DNA of 64,000 bases from Dimorphilus gyrociliatus. Its lineage: Eukaryota > Animalia > Annelida. The position numbers and the translations under genes were made by a program. The stretch is taken from NCBI GenBank assembly GCA_904063045.1, contig CAJFCJ010000006.1, positions 310,001-374,000 on the forward strand, given 5' to 3'. The first letter of the stretch is position 1; the number at the start of each line of letters is the position of its first letter. Positions 52,201 through 64,000 of this stretch are shown here, piece by piece. The notes under the pieces were generated by a model. The model was not told the origin of the DNA, searched no databases, and saw only the letters and a list, made by a program, of their open reading frames with translations.

Positions 52201-55200
52201 GGTTGGCTGAACACAAACCTCTTGTTCTCTGTGGACCCCCAGGTTCAGGTAAAACTATGACGCTTTTCTCAGCTTTGAGAGCACTCCCAGAGCTCGAGGT
52301 TGTTGGCTTGAATTTCTCGTCTGCCACAACACCTGAATTAATGTTGAAAACATTTGATCATTATTGTGAATATCGTAAAACACCAAATGGAGTTGTTTTA
52401 AGTCCTCTACAGCTTAACAAATGGTTGGTTTTGTTTTGTGACGAAATAAATTTGCCAGATATGGATAAATATGGAACTCAGCGAATCATTTCCTTTTTGA
52501 GACAGATGGTGGAGCATGGAGGTTTTTATAATACAAATGATCAGACATGGGTTCGTTTCGAAAGAATCCAGTTTGTTGGTGCATGCAATCCTCCAACAGA
52601 TCCTGGACGAAAGCCATTATCTCATAGATTCTTACGTCATGTTCCTGTCGTTTATGTGGATTATCCCGGAAAAGTATCTCTTATGCAAATCTATGGTACT
52701 TTCAACCGAGCAATGTTACGACTTGTGCCTGTTTTAAGATCTTACGCTGATCCACTCACTCAATCTATGGTTGAATTATATACTATGTGCCAAGAGAGGT
52801 TTACGCAAGATATGCAACCCCATTATATATACAGTCCTAGAGAAATGACAAGATGGGTTAGAGGTATATGTGAAGCTTTGAAACATTTAGAGACATTGGC
52901 CATTGAAGGATTAGTTAGAATATGGGCTCATGAGGCATTGAGGTTATTTCATGATCGTTTAGTAACAGAGGAAGAAAGAATTTGGATGATTGAACAAATA
53001 GATTCGGTTGCTATTCAGCAATTTCCGAATTTTGACAAAAATTCAGCTTTAGCGAAACCAATCTTATACTCAAATTGGTTAAGCAAAGATTATGTCCCTG
53101 TTGAACAAGAGGAACTTAGAGAATATGTAAAAGCTAGGCTAAAGGTGTTTTATGAGGAAGAGTTAGACGTGCCATTGGTTCTATTTAATGAAGTTTTGGA
53201 TCATGTTCTACGGATTGATCGAATTTTCAAACAACCTCAGGGCCATTTGCTATTAATTGGAGTTAGTGGAGCTGGAAAAACGACTCTTTCTCGATTTGTT
53301 GCCTGGATGAATGGCTTAACAGTATTCCAAGTCAAAGTGCATAATAAGTACACAGCTGATGACTTCGACGAGGATCTCAGAAATGTTCTTAGAAGAAGTG
53401 GAACCAAAGGGGAAAAAATCTGTTTTATCATGGATGAATCCAATGTTTTAGATTCGTCTTTCTTAGAACGAATGAATACTCTACTAGCTAATGGAGAAGT
53501 TCCCGGTTTGTTTGAAGGTGATGAACTCACGACACTCATGACTCAATGTAAAGAGGGCTCTCAAAAAGATGGTAAGATGCTAGACAGTCATGAAGAATTA
53601 TACAAGTGGTTCACTCAGCAAGTCATGTACAACTTACATGTTGTATTTACCATGAACCCATCTTCGGAAGGTTTAAAAGACAGAGCTGCAACATCTCCTG
53701 CTTTATTCAATAGGTAAGCTTGAAATAGTTTAATATATTACGATGTCTCCCTCATTGAGAAACGACTTTGCATGTATATTCTGTGCAATATCGTGGTTTA
53801 AGGGGAGTAAATTAAAAGCCTGTTTTCAAATTAAGTTTTCATTTATTTTTTTTTGAAAATGACTTTTGAGATTAAGCTACAAAATATTTCAGATGCGTAT
53901 TGAACTGGTTTGGTGACTGGAGCAAAGAAGCCTTCTATCAAGTTGGAAAGGAATTTACATGCAAAGTCGATTTGGACAACCCAAAATATTTGGCTCCTGA
54001 CTATTTACCTTTGGCTTATGAAAATTTACCACAGCCTCCAACTCATAGAGATGTCGTTGTCAATGCTTTTGTGTTTGTCCACCAAACTCTACACAGAGCA
54101 AATGAAAGAGTAGCTAAAAGGGGAGGCAGAACAATGGCAATAACTCCCAGACACTTTTTGGATTTTATAAATCATTATGTTAAATTAACAAGAGAAAAAA
54201 GGACAGATTTGGAGGAACAGCAACTTCATTTAAATGTCGGTTTGCAAAAGATTAGAGATACTGTTAAACAAGTGGAAGATCTTCAAAAAAGTCTATCCAG
54301 TAAGAGAATAGAATTGGAAAATAAGAATCAAGCAGCGAATGCTAAATTAAAGCAAATGGTGAAGGATCAACAAGAAGCAGAGAGGAAAAAAGTTACATCT
54401 CAAGAATTAGAAGCTGCACTAAAAGCGCAGACTAAAGTTATTGGGGAGAAGCAAAGTGCTGTCAAAGCAGATTTGGCTCAAGTGGAGCCAGCAGTTTTAG
54501 ATGCTCAACAAGGTTTGTAGTACTCCTATAAATTTAATTACATATTTTATTATCTCGCGAATATCTTGAAAAGTATGGTTTATAGCATAACGTCACAACG
54601 TGACAATGAAAAAACGATAGTTTTAAAGGTTTTATTATAAATATTATTCTCAAGTGGATAAGGAAAATAACTTTTTTAACACTTAAAAATGATTTTATCA
54701 AAGAAACAGTGATGCAAATAGTACTTTATGTTAGTTTAAGCCTTCGCCGCTGAAAAAACTGTAGGAATTTTTGCGGAATACAATATACAATTGTATTCTA
54801 TTTAGCCGTAAAGGGTATAAAGAAACAGAATCTAGTCGAGCTTCGAGGATTTTCCAACCCACCCCAACTAGTTAAGGTCTGCATGGAATCTATCATGACA
54901 CTTTTGGGAGAAGGAGATGTTGACTGGAAGTCTATACGATCTATGGTTATGCGAGAAAATTTCATAACGACCATCGTTAATTTTAATACAGAAGATATTA
55001 CGTAAGCTATAAACATTCGCGTTTAGGCCGTTAACTGTGCTTTCTCTGTTTGCTTAAAATTAAAAATTTTCGCTTCTTTAATGCTTAGTACTATATTTTA
55101 ATATTTAGCTGTCAAGTCCATAAAGCGTCAAAATTTAGTGGAAGTAAAATCGTTGTCAAATCCTCCTCCGCTGGTGAAATTGGCGCTGGAATCGATTTGT

Positions 55201-58200
55201 TTTCTTTTGGGTGAAGATACAACTGACTGGAAAGCAATAAGATCAATTATAATGAGAGACAATTTTATATCTACCATTGTTGGATTTGATGCTGAAAATT
55301 TGACGTAGGTTCCAGCATGTCGGTTTCAAATTTTACTGGTTGAGGAGGACTTAGATGTTTTTTTTTATTTAGATTGCATGCTTTCTGTTGTTTGATTTTC
55401 TTTCTGTCTTGTTTAAAGACATGAAAACTAATTACAATTATTTTCAGAGATGAAATAAGACAAAAAATGAAAACAAAATTCTTGACAAATCCAGACTATA
55501 GCTTTGAGAAAATGAATAGAGCCTCAGCTGCATGTGGGCCTATGGTTAAATGGGCTATTGCTCAGGTAAGCGAACATTTTTGTGTCTACAACATAATTTT
55601 TATACGTCATCATAATACTAGATTAACTATTCGGATATGTTGAATCGCATCGAACCTTTACGTAACGAGTTGGCATCTCTAGAACATGAAGCTTCAGAAA
55701 ACCGAAGCAAAGATGAGGAGGTGAAAAATTTGATTGCCGAACTGGAGAAATCCATTGCTAAATATAAGGAAGAATATGCACATCTTATATCTGAGGCTCA
55801 GGCCATAAAAGCAGATTTGAGTGCTGTTGAAACAAAAGTGGAGAGATCTGTAGCTCTTTTAAAATCTTTATCCTCAGAAAAAGAACGATGGGAAGCTGGC
55901 AGCGAGACATTTAAAGCTCAAATGTCTACAATAGTTGGAGATGTGCTCCTCTCATCGGCATTTATGGCTTACGCTGGCTACTTTGATCAACATATGAGAG
56001 AAAGCCTGTTCCATACATGGGTTGGGCATTTACAACAAGCCAATATACAATTTCGACAAGATTTAGCAAGAATAGAATACTTGTCAAACGCTGATGACAG
56101 ATTAAAATGGCAAGCTAATTCTTTGCCATCCGATGATTTATGTACCGAGAATGCCATAATGCTGAATAGGTTTGCTTTCCAAAATAAATCCGTATGTGAT
56201 ATATAACTAAGTTTTGTATTACAGATTCAATAGATATCCTCTTATTATCGACCCTTCAGGCCAAGCTACAGAATTTATTATGAACTTGTATTCAGACAAA
56301 AAAATAACAAAAACATCATTTTTGGATGATTCCTTCCGAAAGCATTTGGAATCAGCTTTAAGATTTGGAAATCCTCTACTTGTACAAGACGTAGAGAATT
56401 ATGATCCAATTTTGAATCCTGTTTTAAATAGAGAATTAAGAAAAACTGGTGGTCGGGTGCTGATTACAATTGGAGATCAGGACATAGATTTGTCTCCAAG
56501 TTTCACTATTTTCCTTTCATCTAGAGATCCAACAGTAGAATTTCCACCTGATATATGCTCCAGAGTAACTTTCGTTAACTTTACAGTAAGTTGGTAAAAT
56601 TACAAACTAGTTATTTAATTAAACATATTCTCTAAATAAAGGTAACTCGTCACTCTTTACAATCCCAATGTCTGAATACTGTACTTAAAGCTGAGAGGCC
56701 AGACGTTGATGAGAAGAGGTCTGACCTTTTGAAATTGCAAGGCGAATTCCGTTTGCGATTAAGGCAGCTGGAAAAGAGTTTGTTGACGGCTTTGAATGAA
56801 GTTAAAGGTAGAATTTTGGACGATGATTCCATAATTTCTCATCTTGAGATGCTGAAGAAGGAAGCTGGTGAAATTGCTAGAAAAGTGGAGGAAACGGATG
56901 TGATTATGGCAGAGGTCGAAACTGTTTCAGCACAATATGTCCCTCTAGCCCAGTCATGTTCATCTATTTATTTTACTTTGGAGTCACTAAATCAGATACA
57001 TTTCTTGTATCAATATTCTCTCCACTTCTTCTTTGATATTTTTAATGCCGTTCTAGATAGTAGTCGTCTGAATGGAATTAAAGAATATGATAAGAGATTG
57101 AAAATTATCACCGATAACCTGTTCAAAATTACTTATGAAAGAGTGGCTAGGGGAATGCTTCATGTTGATAGAATTGCTTTGTCAGTTTTACTCTCCAGGA
57201 TTCATCTCAAGCAGTCTGCAACGTAAGAATCTATTATTTTTTGTTTAATATTTGTTTTTTAAGTAATTAATCAAATTAGTTTTGAATAGCAATAACTAAA
57301 TTTGATAAATGTTATTTTAATCGTTTGAAATTGTTTTCTCGTTTTTTTATAACTTACTAAAACAGTATTGAATTTATGGACAACGAAGAAAAGATCAGGT
57401 AGACAAACTATTCTGGGTTTATTTCTTTTATTGCTTAAACCTATATTCTAACATCCTTGCTCTCCATTCTTACTCCAAAGCCTCTATTCTCCACAACGCA
57501 CATTGGAGGAACCTAAATATCAATATTCGCATTTGTTTTGTGCTATTTTGTATTATCAAAATTGCTGGATCTTAGGTAAAATGTTTAGATATATATTACC
57601 TTTATCTAAGGTCCTTTATAATTTTGATGCGTAATGTAACGGCTTGGAAGGATTTTTTGTTTTACGTGGCTACAAAGACACTCTTGCTCTACTAAATCTT
57701 TATTAAAGGCAGAAAATAACTTTTCAGCTCTGCTTTGTATATCCCTCTTAAAATAATTATATATCAATACGTTAATCAGAAGTTTGAATACTAATAATCC
57801 CTTTCAAAAAAAATTTTACTTATCAAATCTCTGGAAAGAAAAACTATTCGAAACTTTTTTCAATGAATCTAACATAATATCTGTTTTATTTCAGCGAAAC
57901 GACTTACGAAAGAGAATGGCAGCATCTATTACGCGGAGCCGAAGCCATGATAGGTCAAACTAATATTCCGCAAATTCCTGGACTATCAGCCGTTCAATGT
58001 GAAGGAGTAGCAAAGCTATCTCGGCTTCAAGCATTTAAAGAAGTATCTAAAACTATTTCCAACAACCCAGATGTAGGGGCATGGCTTGAAACAATTTCAC
58101 CAGAGCATTGTGTACCATGTCTCTGGCAGGGAGATGAAAAGCTAACACCTATCGGACGATCAATTCATGAACTATTGGCCATTCAAGGGCTTAGGCCAGA

Positions 58201-60748
58201 TAGGTATGTTGCATTAAAAATTTGGTTTATTTTTGGTTTAAAATGTCCATAATATAACTAATTCATAAATATTAATTACTAGACTATTGGCAGCAACACA
58301 TTTGTTTGTAAATGCTGTCTTGGGAGAGGACTTTATGGCTTCTGCAGAATCAGAGATGGATATGGCTCTTGTTATTGAAAAGGAAGTTAAAGCATCTACC
58401 CCAATATTACTCTGCTCTGTTACAGGCTATGATGCATCTGGAAGAGTAGACGATTTAGCAGCTGAATTGAATAAACAGCTAACTTCCATTGCTATCGGAT
58501 CCGCAGAAGGATTTTCTCTTGCAGACAGGGCAATAAGCTCTGCGTCCAAATCTGGGCGTTGGGTACTACTGAAAAATGTTCATCTCGCTCCACAATGGCT
58601 CTTCCAATTAGAGAAACGTTTGCATTCTTTGACTCCTCACGCTAATTTCAGACTATTTTTAACTATGGAAATTAACCCGAAACTTCCTGTAAATCTATTG
58701 AGATCCGGTAGAATATTCGTATTCGAGCCACCACCTGGTGTGAAAGCGTCCTTACTTAGAACGTTTTCCTCTCTTTCCGCTAACCGAATGTGCAAAGCTC
58801 CATCAGAGAGAGCCAGATTATATTTCTTATTGGCATGGCTTCATGCTATTGTTGGGGAACGCTTACGATACGCTCCCCTTGGATGGAGCAAAAAGTAAGC
58901 CGGTGTATTCTTTTCTGCTCACAATTACATCTCTTTTTTTTTAGATACGAATTCAATGAGTCCGATTTGCGCTGCGCCTCAGATACCATTGATACCTGGT
59001 TAGATTCCGTAGCAATGGGAAGAACTAACTTACCCCCCGAAAAGATTCCTTGGGACGCTCTGAGAACCCTCCTGGCCCAATGCATCTACGGAGGAAAGAT
59101 AGACAACGAATTCGATCAGAGATTACTCACTACTTTCCTGAAGAATACTTTCACAGCAGAAACGTTCAATCCCGATTATCCACTTGTGATGGACGTAGAT
59201 GGAGTACAAGGAAAGAAAATCATCATGCCTGATGCTGTTCAAAGAGATGGATTTGTGAACTGGGTTGAGCAAATGCCAGTACAGCAAACACCGTCATGGC
59301 TTGGCTTACCAAATAATGCTGAAAAAGTTCTATTAACAACGAGAGCAACAACTATGGTTGGAAATCTATTGAAAATGCAAATCTTAGAAGACGACGATGA
59401 TTTAGCATACTCTGGAGATAAGGAGAAGAAGGCAATTACAGATTCTCGGCCAGCTTGGATGAGAACACTTCACGCCAGCTTAAAAGCTTGGTCTAAATTG
59501 GTACCAAAGGTAAACCACTTACTGATATTTGAGAAGTCTTACTCAGAAAAAAATAGACATTCAATAACTTTTCTATTAGTAAGAAGTAAGATTAATGCAT
59601 TAGGTTCGAGTATTTTCAACGATTGTTTTTCAAAATCATCTATTATACAACGTTCATTTTATTATATTTCCACCAATAGTTGGTAAGTACAGGAAAAGGC
59701 AAGGGATTTTCTCCTTTGTTAATAACAGTACGCTACCGTTAATAAAAAAAGAGAGTCAAAGAAGATAATGTACTCTTATATTTAGTCAAAATTAACGGTT
59801 GTTTACATAGGTGTCTGGCTGTACAGGTTTATGTAGTAAATTATATCAATTTTATTTTCATTTTGAAATTTTCTTTCTACTTGAATATTCTTGAGGAAAA
59901 GTGTTTCGGTTAACAGTTCATTCTTTTCTCTCTGTAATTTTAATCGATTTAAATTTTAAGTTTTATTAATCATAAAATTTCTCTTTTAGTCCATAGCTTC
60001 GATGAAAAGAACTGCTGATAATATTAAGGATCCATTATTCCGATTCTTTGAAAGGGAAGTTAAAGCTGGAGCAAAGTTATTGACAGATGTCAGACGGGAT
60101 ATAGAGGAAGTTATGCTAATATGTGAAGGAGAAAAAAAACCAACGAACCATCACCGAGAACTCATGGCTGATTTAGCTAAAGGTGTTATACCAAATACTT
60201 GGAGTCGCTATACAGTTCCACCCGGATTAACCGTAATCCAATGGATTAGCGATTTCGCTGAGAGAGTAAAGCAATTATCAGCAATCGCTCAAGCGTCACT
60301 GGCGGGAAGCGGCGCCCTGAAAAACCACAATGTTTGGCTGGGCGGTCTCTTTATCCCCGAAGCCTATATTACAGCTACTAGGCAGTATGTTGCACAAGCG
60401 AACCAGTGGTCATTGGAGGAACTTCGTTTGAAAGTGAATGTTATGGAAAAGACTGATGGAGTACCAGCGGCAGATGCGTGTACATTTAGTGTGATAGGTT
60501 TACAGTTGATGGGCGCGAAATGTTCGGGAAGTTCGCTTCAACTGTCGTCAGCTATAAGTACAGATATGCCCCTTACTAGACTCACTTGGGAACGATCGAC
60601 AGGCGAGCAAACCACTGGTGTTACTCTTCCAGTTTACTTGAATGCAACTCGGTCGCATATATTGTTTACTGTGAATTTGGAAGCCTCCGGAAGTCATACT
60701 TTTTATGAAAGGGGTGTGGCAATTATTTCCTCGGTTCTGGGGTCATAA
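43290..60748 (+). CDS. DYNC1H1: Cytoplasmic dynein 1 heavy chain (about 4622 aa with one MTBD exon variant)
   Basis: Exons 43290-43524, 43576-43660, 44333-44762, 44814-45590, 45648-45739, 45800-46355, 46525-46820, 46876-47913, 47967-48551, 48608-53713, 53893-54512, [54806-55001 or 55109-55304], 55448-55565, 55622-56169, 56225-56585, 56642-57222, 57895-58203, 58283-58894, 58945-59509 and 59990-60748 total 13869 nt in frame. P-loops [24 protein letters not shown] and GVSGAGKT. Confidence 0.98.
54806..55001 (+). CDS. DYNC1H1: DYNC1H1 alternative MTBD exon A (196 nt)
   Basis: tttag|CC...ATTAC|gtaagc, phase 1 to phase 2. Encodes [66 protein letters not shown]. Confidence 0.88.
55109..55304 (+). 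CDS. DYNC1H1: DYNC1H1 alternative MTBD exon B (196 nt)
   Basis: tttag|CT...TTGAC|gtaggt, phase 1 to phase 2. Encodes [66 protein letters not shown], closer to the canonical dynein-1 sequence. Confidence 0.92.
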
Positions 60749-63378
60749 CTTTATAGAACTTTATTGAAATGTTTATTCAGTGTTCTCTTTGCTGTCTCTA
60801 CGCCCCCTTGCTTTTTAGATTAATATTATTACTTAGAAATACACGCTATATTGTGTGAATTCACTCTTATATTTGGCCATTGAAACGGATAGTTCGTTTG
60901 TGACAGAATCGAACAATTGTAAAAAGCATCTTATATATTAATCTTCTGGCTAAAAACTGTTTTAATGAAACAACATTGTTTATATAACTACTTCTTGAGA
61001 TTTATAATTTTATATTAATACTCTGTCATTATCAACCATTCATTAAATATCATTAGAGAATAGGCTTGATGAAATAAATTTCGTAGAAAGGCAGACAAAA
61101 ATAAGACAACTATTAAACTAGACACTGAAGAATACATTTAAGACGACCAATGTAGGATAGTTTTTTGCTCTGCCTCCAGCCAGACTTCTTCACCTCTCTT
61201 AGAATGAGCGTTTATACGGAAACGCTGGTAAATTAACTCATTATTTCCCTCTACATTTTATACAGCCTAAAGGCTTGAAATATTGGGCAGTCGACTCACA
61301 AACGTATGTTAGAACGAATAAACTTTTTAAAATCTGATTCTGACATAACTAATTCGATGAAAAAGCATCGTAAAAACGTTGCATCGACCTATTAGTTGTT
61401 CTGGTCTCTGGGTATTGTTAACTTTCTCTTTAATTTCCTACTTCTGAAAAAGGAACCCTTAGCGCGAAAATATAATTTACAAAGGAAACTGTATACGAGT
61501 AAACAATTGAAAGAATAATTGCTTCTATATTTTGTAAGACGCCTTTTTAATTGTCTCTTTTCTCCTGTCTCTTCGATCTGTCTACTTTAGCAAGATTTTC
61601 TGTAAAAGATAAAAAGATCTAATCCGAGTGGTTTCATCGAAATGATAAATCATAGTTAGAACAGATGGATTGAAACTTTTTGAGAACAGCTTTTAAAAAA
61701 AATTTTATTTTGCTTTGTGGATCTTTTTATAGACGTATTTTATGTCTCCTTTTATTATTTATAAGCTCTCTAATAGATCCAGTAAATTCGTTCATATCAA
61801 TATTCTTAGTGTGAAAATGGATGAACGAATGCCCTTTTTTATATATATAACGCAGTAATATCGAATGATCATTAGAAATAGATGCTAGGGCATATCTGGC
61901 AGCGAATAGGACGCCTGTAGAGCTTCATTAGGACTTTGTTATACTGTATAATAATGTGCTATTTGATTCACATTTACGTCACTTATCAATTTTTCTTTCG
62001 AGATTTTTTCAATCTTGGCAGAGCAAAAATAAAGAAATATAAAAATTGTGCAACATTTTCTTCAAACCCTTTATTATTTAACGGGGCGATCGAAAAGCTT
62101 ACATCACTGTCATTTCCGCTCTGATTACCTTTAATAATTTTCCTGATAAATCGAATCTCTTCCTCATATCTTTATCAATTTGACATCGGTAATTGAGAAA
62201 GGTATGAAATGACCTTAAGGAAATAAATTATTTCCCTGAGATAAGTAACTTATTTGAATGAAAAATTGCATAATTAACAGTTGTATCCCTTTGAGACAGA
62301 AAAATACGACTGATTTATATATGTGTGTGAATGCATCGTGCAGCCGTTACTTTAAAAGGTAACAATAAAAAATATTAAATTAACTGTAATTTCGCACTAA
62401 AGTTTTCTATTGAAATAGAGACGTCAATTTCATAAATTATAAGTTGTAAAGACGATAAATCCCATCTTTAATCGAGTGAATCACGCATATAACAGTTGTA
62501 GTTTTTTCTTTATCCAGTGCTTTATGTAAAGCCAGTTTAAGGATTCTGATTGGTACGTCTCGAATCGACGTCATCGCCCCTATGTAATATAAGGTCTGAA
62601 AGGCTACAGAAAAAATGAAAATTCGAAAGAGGATTGAAAAGTGAACTAACTGTTGGAAAGGAGGTAATTGATCATTGCTTAATTTTTATTCATTTATTCC
62701 AATCTATAAAATGGTCTAAAAATAATATAGATAGGCATAATGCTTTTCTCAGAATAAGTTGAAGCACATCTTCATTAATCTTACTATATTTATTGTTGTA
62801 ATAATTTATCTCAGTAGATAGAAGGTGCGCTTAATAGCATCTGTGCCTAAGAATCAAACACTCTTATTGGTCGTAAAGCCACAGCCTGTCAAAAAAAAAA
62901 TGATTTTGTACAAATTCTGAAGAATACGCTATTTCGTATTTTTCGTGCTTTCTTTCATTTTCTTTTCATTTATTTTCTCGTATATGGAAACACGAGGTTT
63001 GTTATTCTTCTAAGGTTTGGTATAGTGAACCCAAATAGCTCGTTAATGAGTTAGGTAATAAACAGATCGCATAGCACTGCCATTATTTATTAGGAACAAA
63101 ATTATTTCTCTAACCTTTCCTGGTTAACTTTCTTAGTTTTTGTGACTTTTGTAATAAGGTAAATAGTCCAAGTGGAATAATGTTGGAAACTTCGTCTTTA
63201 TTCAAATGGTCACGTAAAAATTCTAGTTTGAAGGAAAGGCGTTAAATCGAAGATTTGTTTAGACTCGCTAGTTTTTTTTTATTTGATTGGTTGACTGACA
63301 AAAGTCATCTCTATGATTGTTGCTTTTAGATTTAATATTTTACATACTTAACATATTTGCCTCTATTTCAGTAAAAAC

Positions 63379-64000
63379 ATGACGCATAACTCTACAAACG
63401 ATACTAGTACAACGATGGACACTGCACAAATTATAATGTCAATAATACCGATAATATGTTCTTTTGGAATTGGAGGTATAATCTTAACTGTAATAGTTCT
63501 GAGTCGTAAACACATGAGCACAAGTACAAATATATATCTAACGGCTCTTGCTATCTCCGATCTCTTATATTTGCTAACGTATGCATCTACGGAGATTGGT
63601 GTGAGGATTATTGAAGATGTTTACAAAGATATCGCTCAAGCTACCATATACCATAGGTACCTTAGTCATGTTATACAGATCTTTCTGCTTAGTAGTGTCT
63701 GGCTTACAGTCGTTTTGGCAATTGAAAGGTGGATAGCAATTTGTCAGCCGTTTCTAGCCACAAAATTTTGTACCGTCTTCCGCTCTCAGATATTTACCCT
63801 TCTTATATTCGTATTCGCTATTCTCTGTCGTCTAACAAGTTTCTTTGATTATCAAATTGTTACATTTTTTGATAACACGACTAAAACTACAATTACATAT
63901 GGAGAAGTTACGGATTTTTCCAGGAGTTATTTCTATCGAAAAGTATATCCCTGGACTATTGAAGTATTTGTATCGTCATTAATTCCGTTTCTATTGTTAC
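63379..64000 (+). CDS. Class A GPCR, FMRFamide/peptide-receptor-like; runs off the right edge
   Basis: Open frame MTHNSTNDTS (N-glycosylation sequons), TM1 IPIICSFGIGGIILTVIVLSR, STNIYLTALAISDLLYL (TM2), SSVWLTVVLAIERWIAICQPF (TM3), then TM4 and the start of TM5 (SSLIPFLLL). Confidence 0.9.
   Translation, partial: MTHNSTNDTSTTMDTAQIIMSIIPIICSFGIGGIILTVIVLSRKHMSTSTNIYLTALAISDLLYLLTYASTEIGVRIIEDVYKDIAQATIYHRYLSHVIQIFLLSSVWLTVVLAIERWIAICQPFLATKFCTVFRSQIFTLLIFVFAILCRLTSFFDYQIVTFFDNTTKTTITYGEVTDFSRSYFYRKVYPWTIEVFVSSLIPFLLL

Noticed and set aside
54798-55016. Minus-strand 72-aa ORF in the track
   Set aside because: It is the antisense shadow of dynein MTBD exon A.
61140-62200. Possible small multi-exon gene on the minus strand after dynein (e.g. 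RFRINAHSKRGEEVWLEAEQKTILHWSS*)
   Set aside because: Splice-like sites and short open frames exist, but I could not build a phase-consistent model or recognise a family; needs RNA-seq.

Overview
This is eukaryotic, AT-rich, gene-dense animal DNA with mostly 45-90 nt spliceosomal introns. It resembles a compacted spiralian (possibly annelid) genome; that assignment is inference and was not verified. No rRNA, tRNA, CRISPR array or clear transposon was seen. Genes, left to right: 5' part of MON2 (-), whose 5.5-kb intron holds two or three decayed class A GPCR copies and an intact Cys-rich membrane-protein gene; a receptor guanylyl cyclase with a bacterial PstS-type phosphate-binding ectodomain (-); a coiled-coil/CAP-Gly gene with possible upstream WW-like exons (-); a signal-anchored TTL-family ligase (-); an orphan ORF (+); a small tau/MAP2-repeat gene missed by the ORF track (-); BAZ2/Toutatis (+); CNBD2-like (-); GALE (+); a gene resembling only the TMEM214 C-terminus (+); TATDN1 (-); NWD1/2-like NACHT-WD40 (+); RPS17 (-), head-to-head with cytoplasmic dynein heavy chain DYNC1H1 (+); and a truncated FMRFamide-receptor-like GPCR (+). 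The two strongest observations are (1) the PstS-pseudokinase-guanylyl cyclase, which keeps every phosphate-contacting PstS residue and is a candidate extracellular phosphate receptor, and (2) two tandem 196-nt mutually exclusive exons that swap most of dynein-1's microtubule-binding domain. All gene models were spliced and translated by hand. Family assignments come from recalled motifs, not database searches.
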